Shown here piece after piece: positions 52,589 through 62,589 of a stretch of DNA of 64,000 bases (its first letter is position 1; each line of letters starts with the position of its first letter). Both the position numbers and the translations under genes were made by a program. This DNA comes from Prochlorococcus sp. scB243_495K23 (GTDB lineage: Bacteria; Cyanobacteriota; Cyanobacteriia; PCC-6307; Cyanobiaceae). Below the pieces are notes generated by a model that was not told the DNA's origin, made no database searches, and saw only the letters and a program-made list of their open reading frames with translations. Location of the stretch: positions 75,614 to 139,613 of the forward strand of contig JFLW01000089.1 in assembly GCA_000635495.1 (NCBI GenBank). The letters run 5' to 3'.

Positions 52589-53648
52589 AAAGTTTAACTT
52601 TGAATCTTTATTTATAATAAATACTTTTGCTTTAATAGTTACCTCCTATTTTTTTAATAATTTTATTTTTACAGGAGTTTACATATTATTCTTCTTTATT
52701 TCGATTTTTACAACAAAAAATGGTCTAAAGATTATCAAAAAATTCAATTTACTTCAGAATATCAGGAATGAAGGCCCAGCTAATCACTTTAAAAAAAGTG
52801 ATACTCCAACAATGGGTGGGATTTTTATGATAGTCCCTTTTTTAATTTTGCTTTTGATAATAACTATCAACTTAGGTTCTTTAAAATTATTTCTTTTATT
52901 ACTTAGTATTTTTGGTTTCTTTATTACAGGATTTGTAGATGATTTTTTAAGCATTAAAAAAAAAGAGAACACAGGTTTAAAAACAAAAGAGAAATTTTTC
53001 TTACAAAGTGTCATCTCAATAATTTTTATATTGTTAGCCTATGAAAAAAATTTAATCAGTCCATTAATAACAGTTTCTGACTCCTGGGAAATAAATATGA
53101 ATATTTTCATATTGCCAGTTTCTTTTTTTGTACTTGTGGGCATAAGTAATTCAGTAAATTTGACTGATGGACTGGATGGATTAGCCGCTGGATGCAGTGG
53201 GATTGTCTTTTATGGATTAGGAACAGAAATATTACTGAAAGAACAGCAAGAACTTTTTGTTTTTAGCATCTTATGTTTCGCGATGTCCGGCATATGCTTA
53301 GGCTTTCTTAAATATAATATTTATCCTGCAAAAATTTTTATGGGTGACACAGGATCTCTAAGTATTGGAGCAATGCTGGGTTCTATAGCGTTATTAACCA
53401 ATAGCGTTTTTACCTTATCTATTTTCTCAGGAATATTTATTATTGAATCATTATCAGTAATAATTCAAGTAGGATTTTTTAAAATTACAAAAAAATTATT
53501 TCATAGAGGTAAACGCATATTTTTAATGGCTCCACTACACCACCACTTTGAACTTAAAGGAGTGAAGGAACAAAAAATAGTTGAAAATTTTTGGAAAATC
53601 AACATTTTACTTGTAATTTTAGGTATAGTTTTAAAAATCAATCTTTGA
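52572..53648 (+). CDS. mraY: Phospho-N-acetylmuramoyl-pentapeptide transferase
   Basis: The motifs NSVNLTDGLDGLAAG, IFMGDTGSLSIGA and APLHHHFEL are present, with 10 or so TM segments. Confidence 0.93.
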   Translation: MIGKIKKFNFESLFIINTFALIVTSYFFNNFIFTGVYILFFFISIFTTKNGLKIIKKFNLLQNIRNEGPANHFKKSDTPTMGGIFMIVPFLILLLIITINLGSLKLFLLLLSIFGFFITGFVDDFLSIKKKENTGLKTKEKFFLQSVISIIFILLAYEKNLISPLITVSDSWEINMNIFILPVSFFVLVGISNSVNLTDGLDGLAAGCSGIVFYGLGTEILLKEQQELFVFSILCFAMSGICLGFLKYNIYPAKIFMGDTGSLSIGAMLGSIALLTNSVFTLSIFSGIFIIESLSVIIQVGFFKITKKLFHRGKRIFLMAPLHHHFELKGVKEQKIVENFWKINILLVILGIVLKINL

Positions 53649-53658
53649 AAAATTTGTT

Positions 53659-53904
53659 ATGAATTTTTTTACATGGAAAGATAATGGATTAACAAGTGAC
53701 TGCTCAAGTCTTGATGCAATGGCATCAAGATTTGAAGAAACTGCTAACTTAATGAAAAAACTATCTAAGAAAGGCTTTAAACTAAAGAAAACCCAAAATA
53801 ATCAACTAATTCTTCACCCTGATCCTGAAGTTTTTGATCAATGGGGTTTTATAAGTGAAGAAGTCCCTTTTAAACAACTTTGTTTAATGTCAGATGAAGA
53901 ATAA
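53659..53904 (+). CDS. Hypothetical protein (81 aa)
   Basis: The ORF has balanced composition and starts 10 nt after mraY. No motif was recognised. Its last 67 nt overlap the 3' end of the convergent sps gene. Confidence 0.4.
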   Translation: MNFFTWKDNGLTSDCSSLDAMASRFEETANLMKKLSKKGFKLKKTQNNQLILHPDPEVFDQWGFISEEVPFKQLCLMSDEE

Positions 53905-55247
53905 CTATTTAAACTTGAGAATTCTTCCATAAGTACTGATAAATAATTGCGTACATGAGTGTTCCAACTAAAGTGTCTGTTAACACCCTCAATTCCGTTT
54001 CTGCTCCATATTTTCCACTGATTATTATTTGATATTCCTTTTTCAAGAATAACTTTCAATTCATTAATATCAGTAACATCTACTAGAAGTCCATTTTCAC
54101 ATTTTGAACGAATTTCTTTTGGCCCTCCATCATTTGTTGATATTATTGGTAATCCACATGAAGAAGCTTCAAGAAGAGTTAAACCAAAAGGCTCTGTTAA
54201 AGCTGGATTTACAAATACACCACCTCTGCTAGCAGCCCACCTATATAAAGCAGGAATCTGACTTGGAAGATGTTTTTTGGGATAAGCTACCTTTCCGTAC
54301 AAATTATATTTATCAATTGTTTCAAAAATATTATTGAAAACTTCTTTTTGTTGGGAGTCAAGTTTTGAAGTACTATCTCTACAACCTAAAATCAAAATTA
54401 AATTAGTTTTTCTTTTTAATTTTTCAGATCTTCCATATGCTTCAATCAAAGCTGGAATATTTTTTCTTCGTACAGCTCTAGAAATAGTCAAAAATGGAGG
54501 TTTAGTAGAATCCTTTAGAAAAGGTTTCATCATGTTATCAATTTCAGCTGTCTCGCTTGTGGAGTGAATATGGTGAAATTTATTATGATCAACACCAGGA
54601 GGAATAACTTTAGCTTTGTGAGGTGAAAAAGAAGAATACTGGGAATATTGATACACTGACTCTTGTTTAGTGCTTGTAACGACAATATCTGCAGACTTCA
54701 ATGCTTTTTCTTCTGCCTCAATTCTTTTACTTATAGAATAAAGTTTTTCTATTTGATTATTTTTTAAACCCGTATCAAGCAATTTCCTTTTTTTCTCTCT
54801 TCCTAAAGAATGACCAGTAAAAATAAGAGGAACGTCTAAGGATTTACTTAGTTTAACTCCTACATATCCAGCATCTGCATAATGTGCATGAATGAAATTA
54901 GGCTTTTTATTTTTTTTATAGTAAGAAATTAGTTTTTCAATTAAATTATCTAGATAAGGCCAAAGCAATTCCTTTCTTAAATATTTATTAGGTCCAAATT
55001 TGAATCTTAAAATTCTAACTCCAGGCTCTACAAATTCTTCTTCTTGAGAATATTCATCTTCTACTTTAGGGTCATTTATTAAACGAGTAACTAAATCAAC
55101 TTGATCAACTTCTGAAGTATTAGCCAAACTTTTAATTAACTCTAAAACGTATTGTGTTTGCCCTCCTGTATCTGCATCCCTTCCTAACTCAAGATTTTTA
55201 GAACGTATAAGACCATGTAAATGTAAATGTAAAAATTTCAACTTCAT
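53838..55247 (-). CDS. sps: Sucrose-phosphate synthase, glycosyltransferase domain only
   Basis: The N-terminus HLHGLIRSKNLELGRDADTGGQTQYVLEL is diagnostic of SPS. The GT-B C-terminal motif EPFGLTLLEASSCGLPII is present. 469 aa, with no SPP-like extension. A GGAGG lies 8 nt upstream of the ATG. Confidence 0.88.
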   Translation of the reverse strand: MKLKFLHLHLHGLIRSKNLELGRDADTGGQTQYVLELIKSLANTSEVDQVDLVTRLINDPKVEDEYSQEEEFVEPGVRILRFKFGPNKYLRKELLWPYLDNLIEKLISYYKKNKKPNFIHAHYADAGYVGVKLSKSLDVPLIFTGHSLGREKKRKLLDTGLKNNQIEKLYSISKRIEAEEKALKSADIVVTSTKQESVYQYSQYSSFSPHKAKVIPPGVDHNKFHHIHSTSETAEIDNMMKPFLKDSTKPPFLTISRAVRRKNIPALIEAYGRSEKLKRKTNLILILGCRDSTSKLDSQQKEVFNNIFETIDKYNLYGKVAYPKKHLPSQIPALYRWAASRGGVFVNPALTEPFGLTLLEASSCGLPIISTNDGGPKEIRSKCENGLLVDVTDINELKVILEKGISNNNQWKIWSRNGIEGVNRHFSWNTHVRNYLSVLMEEFSSLNSYSSSDIKQSCLKGTSSLIKPH

Positions 55248-55447
55248 TCAGCAAATCCTCCGATAAACGGCCTTTAATACAAATAAGCTGAATTTTCCAA
55301 GGAAATATTAAGAAAGCATTATGATTTGAAACTTTTTTAACATTAAAGTTTTCAAAAAGTAGTTATAGAGGGGTTTTATATCCCTTTTAAAAAGAATTTC
55401 GTATTGCTTAAATAGTTAAAATAAAAAGAAATACAACAAGGATTTTC

Positions 55448-58351
55448 TTATTTCAGAACCTTTTTAAGATATTTTGCTGTATGACTTTTAGGATTTTTAG
55501 CTACATCCTCAGGAATACCTTCTGCAATGATTTCTCCTCCTTTATCCCCTCCATCAGGTCCTAAATCTATAATCCAATCTGAACATCTAATAACATCTAA
55601 ATTATGTTCAATAACAATTACTGAATTACCTTTATCTACCAAACGTTGTATCACATCCATTAATTTATGAACATCATAAAAACTTAACCCTGTAGTTGGT
55701 TCATCAATCAGATATAAAGTTTTTCCAGTAGCCCTTTTTGACAATTCCGTGGCTAACTTAACTCTTTGAGCCTCTCCACCAGATAATGTAGGAGCTGGCT
55801 GGCCTAATTTGACATATCCTAAGCCAACATCAACCAATGTAGATAATCTATCAGCAGCTTGAGGTATAGCAGAAAAAGTTTCTGCAGCTTGTTCAACGGT
55901 CATCTCTAAAACATCAGATATATTGAAACCTTTATATTTAACTTGAAGAGTTTCTCTATTAAAACGAGCTCCTTTACATACTTCACATTGAACATACACA
56001 TCAGGTAAAAAATTCATTTCAATAACATTGACTCCCTGGCCTTTACAAGCTTCGCATCTTCCTCCTTTCACATTAAAGCTAAATTGACCAGCCTGATAAC
56101 CTCTTGCTTTTGCTTCTACTGTAGCAGTAAATATCTGCCTTATAGGGTCAAAAGCACCTGTATATGTAGCAGGATTTGATCTTGGAGTTCTTCCTATTGG
56201 AGATTGATCAATAACGATAACTTTATCAATTGCCTTTATCCCCTTTAACTCTTTTACACCTTGAGGAAAAGGGACTTTTAATCCAAGAGAATGACATAAT
56301 GCAGGATGAAGTAATTCATTTATCAAAGTGCTCTTTCCACTTCCACTCACACCAGTTACAGAAACTAACCTTCCTAAAGGAAATTCAACAGAAATATTTT
56401 TTAAATTATTTTTAGAGCAATTATTTAAAATTAAACTTTTTTTTACAGATGATCTACGTTCTTTTGGAGTAGGAATTGACTTCCTACCACTAAGATAAGC
56501 TCCAGTTAATGACTTTTCTGAATTTAATACATCTTGATAAGATCCTTTAGCAATAATTTCCCCACCATAAACACCTGCCCCTGGACCAATATCTACTAAA
56601 TAATCTGCGGATTTCATAGTATCTTCATCATGTTCAACGACAACCAAAGTATTTCCCAAGTCTCTTAAGCTTTTTAATGTTTCTAATAATCTGTCATTGT
56701 CTCTCTGATGCAAACCAATACTTGGTTCATCTAATACATATAAAACGCCAGTAAGACCTGCACCTATTTGTGTAGCCAATCTAATACGCTGAGCCTCACC
56801 ACCAGACAAAGTCATAGCTGGTCTATCTAAAGTCAAATAATCTAAGCCTACATTAATTAAAAACTTCAAACGTAAACGAATCTCTTTTAAAACCAATTCA
56901 CCTATCTGCTTTTGTTTTTCTGATAAAGATATATTTTCTTTCTTTGTCTTACCTAAGCCCATAATACGCTCTACGTGATTTAGGGTTTCAGAAACGCTTA
57001 TAGAAGTTAAATCAGTAATGTTGTATGGACCAAGTTTAACTGCCAAAGCCTCAGGTCTTAATCTTTTTCCAGAACATGTCTTACAGGGAACTAATTCTAG
57101 ATACTTTTCTAATTTTTGTCTAACTGATTCTCCATTGGCTTCATTCAATTGCCTTTCTAATATTGGCAAAATCCCCTCAAAAGGTCTTTCAAAACCACTA
57201 GAAGTTTTAAAACGACTATCAGCTTGGATTAATATTGGTTTATCTGATCCCAAAAGTAGAACTTTTTTTTGCAAATCACTTAAATCTTTCCAAGGAGTTT
57301 TTAATTCAAAACCATAAGCTTGTCCTACAGAATAAAGTAAAGAGAAGTAATAAGTATTATCTTTTTCACTCCAAGGAGCTATTGCAGCATAAACAGGTAA
57401 TGTTTTATCTGGTATCACTCTATCCGCAGTAAATTTTTTTAAATAACCAATCCCATGACAATCTGGACAGGCCCCATATGGGCTATTAAAAGAAAATAAT
57501 CTAGGAGAAAGTTCTTCAACGATAGATCCATGTACAGGACATGCATAATTTTCTGAGTAAAGTTTTTCTCTTTCTAAGTTAGAAGGTAAGTTTTCTCCTT
57601 TTTTTGGAACAACTTCTACTATTGCTAAGCCATCCCCTCTTTTGAGACAAGTTTGTAGAGAATCATTTAATCTTTCTTGTATGCCTTCTCTTGCAATTAA
57701 TCTATCTACTACTACCTCAATATTATGAATTTGATTTTTATCTAATTCAATACTATCAGCAAGTTCTCTTACCTCTCCATTGATTCTTACCCTAGCAAAT
57801 CCTTCAGCAGCTAGTCCGCTTATTAATTTTGTATGTGTTCCTTTCTTGCCTCTTACAACAGGAGCCAACAATTGGTACCTTGTTCCTTCTGGTAAAAGAA
57901 GAATTTGATCCACCATTTCATCAATTGTTTGAGGCGCAATTGGAATCCCACAATGGTGACAATGAGGCTCACCAGCACGACCAAACAATAATCTTAAATA
58001 ATCTTGTATTTCCGTTACTGTTCCAACTGTTGATCGAGGATTATGACTTGTAGACTTTTGATCAATTGAAATAGCAGGTGATAAACCTTCAATATTGTCA
58101 ATATCTGGTTTATCTACTTGACCCAAAAATTGCCTTGCGTATGCAGAAAGACTCTCAACATATCTTCTTTGACCTTCAGCAAAAATAGTATCAAAGGCCA
58201 GAGAACTTTTACCACTTCCACTCACACCTGTAAAAACTATAAATTTATTCCTAGGTAGAGAAAGATCAATATTTTTTAAATTATGCTGACGAGCTCCCCT
58301 AATATTAATTGAGTTATCTTCTCCAAAACTACTATCAACTTTATTAACCAT
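55448..58351 (-). CDS. uvrA: Excinuclease ABC subunit A
   Basis: 967 aa. Two ABC ATPase modules are present, with Walker A GVSGSGKSSL and GVSGSGKSTL. Zinc-finger cysteines (CPDCHG, CEACKGQG) and two LSGGE signatures are also seen. Confidence 0.97.
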   Translation of the reverse strand: MVNKVDSSFGEDNSINIRGARQHNLKNIDLSLPRNKFIVFTGVSGSGKSSLAFDTIFAEGQRRYVESLSAYARQFLGQVDKPDIDNIEGLSPAISIDQKSTSHNPRSTVGTVTEIQDYLRLLFGRAGEPHCHHCGIPIAPQTIDEMVDQILLLPEGTRYQLLAPVVRGKKGTHTKLISGLAAEGFARVRINGEVRELADSIELDKNQIHNIEVVVDRLIAREGIQERLNDSLQTCLKRGDGLAIVEVVPKKGENLPSNLEREKLYSENYACPVHGSIVEELSPRLFSFNSPYGACPDCHGIGYLKKFTADRVIPDKTLPVYAAIAPWSEKDNTYYFSLLYSVGQAYGFELKTPWKDLSDLQKKVLLLGSDKPILIQADSRFKTSSGFERPFEGILPILERQLNEANGESVRQKLEKYLELVPCKTCSGKRLRPEALAVKLGPYNITDLTSISVSETLNHVERIMGLGKTKKENISLSEKQKQIGELVLKEIRLRLKFLINVGLDYLTLDRPAMTLSGGEAQRIRLATQIGAGLTGVLYVLDEPSIGLHQRDNDRLLETLKSLRDLGNTLVVVEHDEDTMKSADYLVDIGPGAGVYGGEIIAKGSYQDVLNSEKSLTGAYLSGRKSIPTPKERRSSVKKSLILNNCSKNNLKNISVEFPLGRLVSVTGVSGSGKSTLINELLHPALCHSLGLKVPFPQGVKELKGIKAIDKVIVIDQSPIGRTPRSNPATYTGAFDPIRQIFTATVEAKARGYQAGQFSFNVKGGRCEACKGQGVNVIEMNFLPDVYVQCEVCKGARFNRETLQVKYKGFNISDVLEMTVEQAAETFSAIPQAADRLSTLVDVGLGYVKLGQPAPTLSGGEAQRVKLATELSKRATGKTLYLIDEPTTGLSFYDVHKLMDVIQRLVDKGNSVIVIEHNLDVIRCSDWIIDLGPDGGDKGGEIIAEGIPEDVAKNPKSHTAKYLKKVLK

Positions 58352-58405
58352 GTTTAAATCTAAATTATGATTTAAAAAGGTTATTATAGTAGAAATTTTT
58401 TTATA

Positions 58406-60085
58406 TTACGCAGCTGAGCGATCAAGAAGTCTAGAAGCATATTCGTTTACTTCGTATGAACCTCCACCTATAAGTTCTATTAGTTCATTTTTTCTTTGAT
58501 TTTTTGTAGTTAGTTTTGTGATTGAAGTAAAAGTTATCCCATTAATTACGTTTTTATTAACTTTGAAATGAGCTGATCCTCTTGCAGCAAGAAATGGCTG
58601 ATGTGTAATACATAAGACCTGTTGATTTTTAGAAATTTCTTTTATAAGCTCCACCAAAGAAAATAGAGATTTACCGCTTAAACCACTATCAATTTCATCT
58701 AAAAAAAAAGTATTGGGTTTTTTAGAAATACTTGATTTAAGAGCTAACAAGAATCTTGACATTTCTCCGCCAGAAATAACATTTGATAATGGAGCAAGCT
58801 TCTGATCAGGATTAGCCGAAAACAAAAAATTTATATCGTCAATTCCATCGCCAGAAGGCTTGCACTCAGAAAATTGAATTGAGAAGTTTGCATTTTCTAA
58901 ACCTAAATTGCTTAAAATTGACATTACTGAAATTTGTAATTGTTTAGCAATTTTTTTTCTTTCAGTAGATTGAATATCAAATAAAGAATTTAGATTACTT
59001 TGTAAATTCTCAATTTGAGCTTTAATCATGGAAATATCATTACCTTGATCATTTTGTTGAAAATACGTTTTTAATTGATCGCGCTTTTCAATTAATTGAG
59101 TTAAATCTAATGAAAAAGTTCTCTCTAAGTTTTTTAAAAAGAATAATCTTTTTTGTATTTCTGGAAGATTAGATTCATAATTTTCTATTTCTTGCAAATA
59201 TGATTTTAAATCAAAAATTAAATCTTCAACATCAGCATGAATATTTAATAACTTCTCTCTAAATTTTTGAATCTTTTGATCGAAATCTGCTGTTTTATTT
59301 AAAATCTTTAGTGATTGATTGATAAAAGAAGTTACTGACGGTTCATCATGACTAAAATTGTTTAAGTTTTCTAATGATGATTTAATTGAATTATTAATTT
59401 CTAGATTATTTACTAGTTTATTTTCTAATAACTCTAATTCTAAAATTTCTTCACTTGAATTTAAATCAGCTTCTTCTAAACTCTTCAACATGTGCTTAAT
59501 TGCCAAGTTTTTTTCTGTTTGATTCCTAGAAAATTCTATTTTTTCATGCATTAATCCTTCTAAAACTTTAGTTTCTCCCCATATACTTTTAATCCTTTCG
59601 CTAGTATCTCTTGATTCTTGGGAACATAAGTCATCAATAATTAATCTTCTCTTATCTAAAGAATCAAATATAAAAGTGTCGGATTGACCTGCAAAATCAA
59701 TTAAAAATCGTCCAAGCTTTTCTAATAATTGTCTATTTATTGATAAATTATTAACGCTATATTTGGATAAAATTTTATTATTTTTTTTATAAGATTTTCT
59801 TTTAATTTGTAATTCTGAAGAAGTTATTTCAAAACCATTAACAATTAACCAATCATTAATTTGGGGCGAAGAAGAAAATATGGCCTCGATAAAGCAAAAA
59901 TCATTTCCTGGACGTATTAAATGTTTTAGAGGTATATTAGTTCCACCAAATAAAGCATTTAGGGAATCCACAATTAATGATTTTCCTGAACCTGAATCTC
60001 CCGTTATGATATTCAAACCTTTTTCGAAATTAATTTCTATAATTTCTATTAAGGCAATATTTTTTATTTTTAGTTGTATTAACAT
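58406..60085 (-). CDS. recN: DNA repair protein RecN
   Basis: It has an SMC-like architecture. Walker A GDSGSGKS is N-terminal, a long coiled-coil region follows, and the signature SGGEMSR and Walker B FFLDEIDSGLSG are C-terminal. Confidence 0.92.
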   Translation of the reverse strand: MLIQLKIKNIALIEIIEINFEKGLNIITGDSGSGKSLIVDSLNALFGGTNIPLKHLIRPGNDFCFIEAIFSSSPQINDWLIVNGFEITSSELQIKRKSYKKNNKILSKYSVNNLSINRQLLEKLGRFLIDFAGQSDTFIFDSLDKRRLIIDDLCSQESRDTSERIKSIWGETKVLEGLMHEKIEFSRNQTEKNLAIKHMLKSLEEADLNSSEEILELELLENKLVNNLEINNSIKSSLENLNNFSHDEPSVTSFINQSLKILNKTADFDQKIQKFREKLLNIHADVEDLIFDLKSYLQEIENYESNLPEIQKRLFFLKNLERTFSLDLTQLIEKRDQLKTYFQQNDQGNDISMIKAQIENLQSNLNSLFDIQSTERKKIAKQLQISVMSILSNLGLENANFSIQFSECKPSGDGIDDINFLFSANPDQKLAPLSNVISGGEMSRFLLALKSSISKKPNTFFLDEIDSGLSGKSLFSLVELIKEISKNQQVLCITHQPFLAARGSAHFKVNKNVINGITFTSITKLTTKNQRKNELIELIGGGSYEVNEYASRLLDRSAA

Positions 60086-60153
60086 GATAATTCTTCCATA
60101 TAGAAAAATTAACTTCTTTTTTAAAAAAATAAAGGTTTTAAATATATAAAGTT

Positions 60154-62010
60154 ATGAAAGAAGATTTTACCGATTTTATTGAGGTCTCTGGACTCTTAAA
60201 TTATGATCCAGATACAATTTCTAAAATATACAAAAAAAATCCTAAAAGACTTTTAAAAAGACTTTGGCAAACACTCCTACCTATTTTTGCTTACATCTTT
60301 TCCGTTGGATGGGATAAATTAACTGGAAGACTGAAAAATGAAGAGCAAGCAAGATTTAGAGCAAGAGAATTAACAAATTTGTTAGTAGAACTTGGACCTG
60401 CATTTGTTAAGGCAGGTCAAGCTTTATCAACAAGACCAGATATAATCCCAGCTATTCTTCTAGAAGAATTATCTGAATTGCAAGATCAGCTCCCTGGTTT
60501 TGATGGCGATAAAGCTATGGAATTAATAGAAGAAGATTTAGGAAAAAAAATAGATGAGATTTTTTTAGAAATTGATAAAGAGCCAATTTCTGCTGCCTCT
60601 TTAGGTCAAGTGCATAAAGCTAAATTAAAAAATCAAGAGATCGTTGCAATAAAAGTACAACGGCCAGGTTTAAGAGAACAAATAACCTTAGACCTTTACA
60701 TTGTAAGAAATATTGCTTATTGGCTAAAAAACAATATTGGATTGATAAGAAGTGATCTAGTTGCTTTGATTGATGAATTAGGCAAGAGAGTTTTTGAAGA
60801 GATGGATTATCTAAACGAAGCTGCAAATGCAGAAAAATTTAGAGATATGCATAAACATAACAAGATGATTGCCGTACCAAAAATTTATAAAGAAATAACT
60901 TCAAGAAGAGTTTTAGCAATGGAATGGATAGACGGTACAAAATTAACAAATTTAGAGGACGTAAAAAAATTAGGAATTAATCCTGATGACATGATTGATA
61001 TAGGGGTGCAATGCAGTTTAGAACAGCTTTTAGAACATGGTTTTTTTCATGCAGACCCGCATCCAGGTAATTTATTAGCCTTAGAAGATGGAAGATTATG
61101 TTATCTAGATTTTGGAATGATGAGCGAGGTTTCCAGAGAATCTAGGTCAGGATTAATTCAAGCAGTAGTCCACTTAGTAAATAAGAACTTCGATAAATTG
61201 TCTCAAGATTTCGTAAAATTAGGATTTTTATCAGAGGAAGTTAATCTAGAACCCATTGTTCCAGCATTTCAAGATGTTTTCATTAACGCCGTTGAACAGG
61301 GAGTTTCGAAAATGGATTTTAAGAGCGTTACTGACGATATGTCTGGTGTTATGTATAAATTCCCCTTCAGACTACCCCCTTATTATGCTCTTATAATTAG
61401 ATCATTACTTACATTAGAGGGAATAGCTTTAAGCGTAGATCCAAACTTCAAAATATTAGGCGCAGCTTATCCCTACTTTGCAAGAAGATTAATGGAAGAC
61501 CCTGATCCACAATTAAGGGAAAGCCTTAAAGAAATGCTTTTTGATAATAAAAAATTTAAATGGGATCGTTTAGAAGATCTTCTTTCTAACGCTGCAAAGC
61601 AAACAAACCTCGATTTAGAAAAACTTTTAGACGAAGTTATAAATCTTCTCTTTTCTTCAAATGGAGGATTTCTTAGAAATGAGATAGTTGAAGGTTTAAC
61701 AAATCAGATAGATTTACTTAGTCTAAAAATATTGAAAAGTTTTAATAATTATCTTCCACAATCAATTAAGTTAAACACTACCAACGAAAATAATAACTTG
61801 AGTGAACTTATTATTTATGTTGAGCCATTGAGAAACTTTTTAGAGATTTTACAAAAAGTACCGGGATATTCAATTGACATTTTTCTAAAAAGATTGCCAA
61901 GACTTGTTAATGAGCCCTACACAAAAGAAATGGGTATAAAAATTGCAAAAAAAGTAACTGAAAAAGGAGTAGTAAGACTTGTTAAGATTGCAGCTGGTGC
62001 AAATATATAA
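60154..62010 (+). CDS. ABC1/UbiB-family atypical protein kinase
   Basis: The motifs FVKAGQALSTRPD, ISAASLGQVHKAKL and FFHADPHPGNL are characteristic of the ABC1/ADCK family. 618 aa. Confidence 0.85.
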   Translation: MKEDFTDFIEVSGLLNYDPDTISKIYKKNPKRLLKRLWQTLLPIFAYIFSVGWDKLTGRLKNEEQARFRARELTNLLVELGPAFVKAGQALSTRPDIIPAILLEELSELQDQLPGFDGDKAMELIEEDLGKKIDEIFLEIDKEPISAASLGQVHKAKLKNQEIVAIKVQRPGLREQITLDLYIVRNIAYWLKNNIGLIRSDLVALIDELGKRVFEEMDYLNEAANAEKFRDMHKHNKMIAVPKIYKEITSRRVLAMEWIDGTKLTNLEDVKKLGINPDDMIDIGVQCSLEQLLEHGFFHADPHPGNLLALEDGRLCYLDFGMMSEVSRESRSGLIQAVVHLVNKNFDKLSQDFVKLGFLSEEVNLEPIVPAFQDVFINAVEQGVSKMDFKSVTDDMSGVMYKFPFRLPPYYALIIRSLLTLEGIALSVDPNFKILGAAYPYFARRLMEDPDPQLRESLKEMLFDNKKFKWDRLEDLLSNAAKQTNLDLEKLLDEVINLLFSSNGGFLRNEIVEGLTNQIDLLSLKILKSFNNYLPQSIKLNTTNENNNLSELIIYVEPLRNFLEILQKVPGYSIDIFLKRLPRLVNEPYTKEMGIKIAKKVTEKGVVRLVKIAAGANI

Positions 62011-62583
62011 ATGAAGTTTAATAAATTTTTAAAATTTAAAATATTTTTTATTTTAGTAATTTCTCCATTATTTTTTAATGTTCCAAAAGCTTATGCTGCT
62101 GAAGAAATTAAAATCACGTATAGCATATTTTCTAGAACAATTAAAGTAAATTCATTAAAAACTTTTGCTAAAGAAGGTAAATCTACAAGACAATTAAAAA
62201 GAATCTTGAAAGCAACTGGGTCTGCCGATAAAGATATTAGAAAAGTTTTAAACAAAGATTTTGAAGTGCCTATTACCATTGCAAGCAAACTAATATATTC
62301 TGAAATAGGAAATGTTTTTTTAACAAGGCTTTCATCTATAATTCACCCACCCAGAGCTACTGACGAAAGAACAGGTATGCTGGCCCTAAGAGCAAGCGTA
62401 ATTCAAGGAATTTACAAAGGAAATGGAAAAATAAATCTAGTAAATTTTTTTGAAGGATATCCAACTAAAACTGTAATTTTAGATGTCAGCGCTTTGAGCA
62501 AAGTTATGAATAAAGTAGAATCGATTTCAGAATTATTAACCTTTTTCACCAACTCACCTCTAGAAAAAATCAAAACGAATTAA
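62011..62583 (+). CDS. Exported hypothetical protein (DUF1400-like, tentative)
   Basis: A signal-peptide-like N-terminus (FFILVISPLFFNVPKAYA) is followed by AEEIKITYSIFSRTIKVNSLKTFAKEGK. The gene starts on the nucleotide after the ABC1 kinase stop. Confidence 0.5.
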   Translation: MKFNKFLKFKIFFILVISPLFFNVPKAYAAEEIKITYSIFSRTIKVNSLKTFAKEGKSTRQLKRILKATGSADKDIRKVLNKDFEVPITIASKLIYSEIGNVFLTRLSSIIHPPRATDERTGMLALRASVIQGIYKGNGKINLVNFFEGYPTKTVILDVSALSKVMNKVESISELLTFFTNSPLEKIKTN

Positions 62584-62589
62584 ACAACC

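Noticed and set aside
58352-60153. Search for cyanobacterial LexA-box-like palindromes (RGTAC-N3-DGTWCB) upstream of uvrA and recN
   Set aside because: No GTAC-containing palindrome is present in either upstream spacer. Only weak AT-only inverted repeats occur (e.g. TTAAATC/GATTTAA at about 58353-58374).
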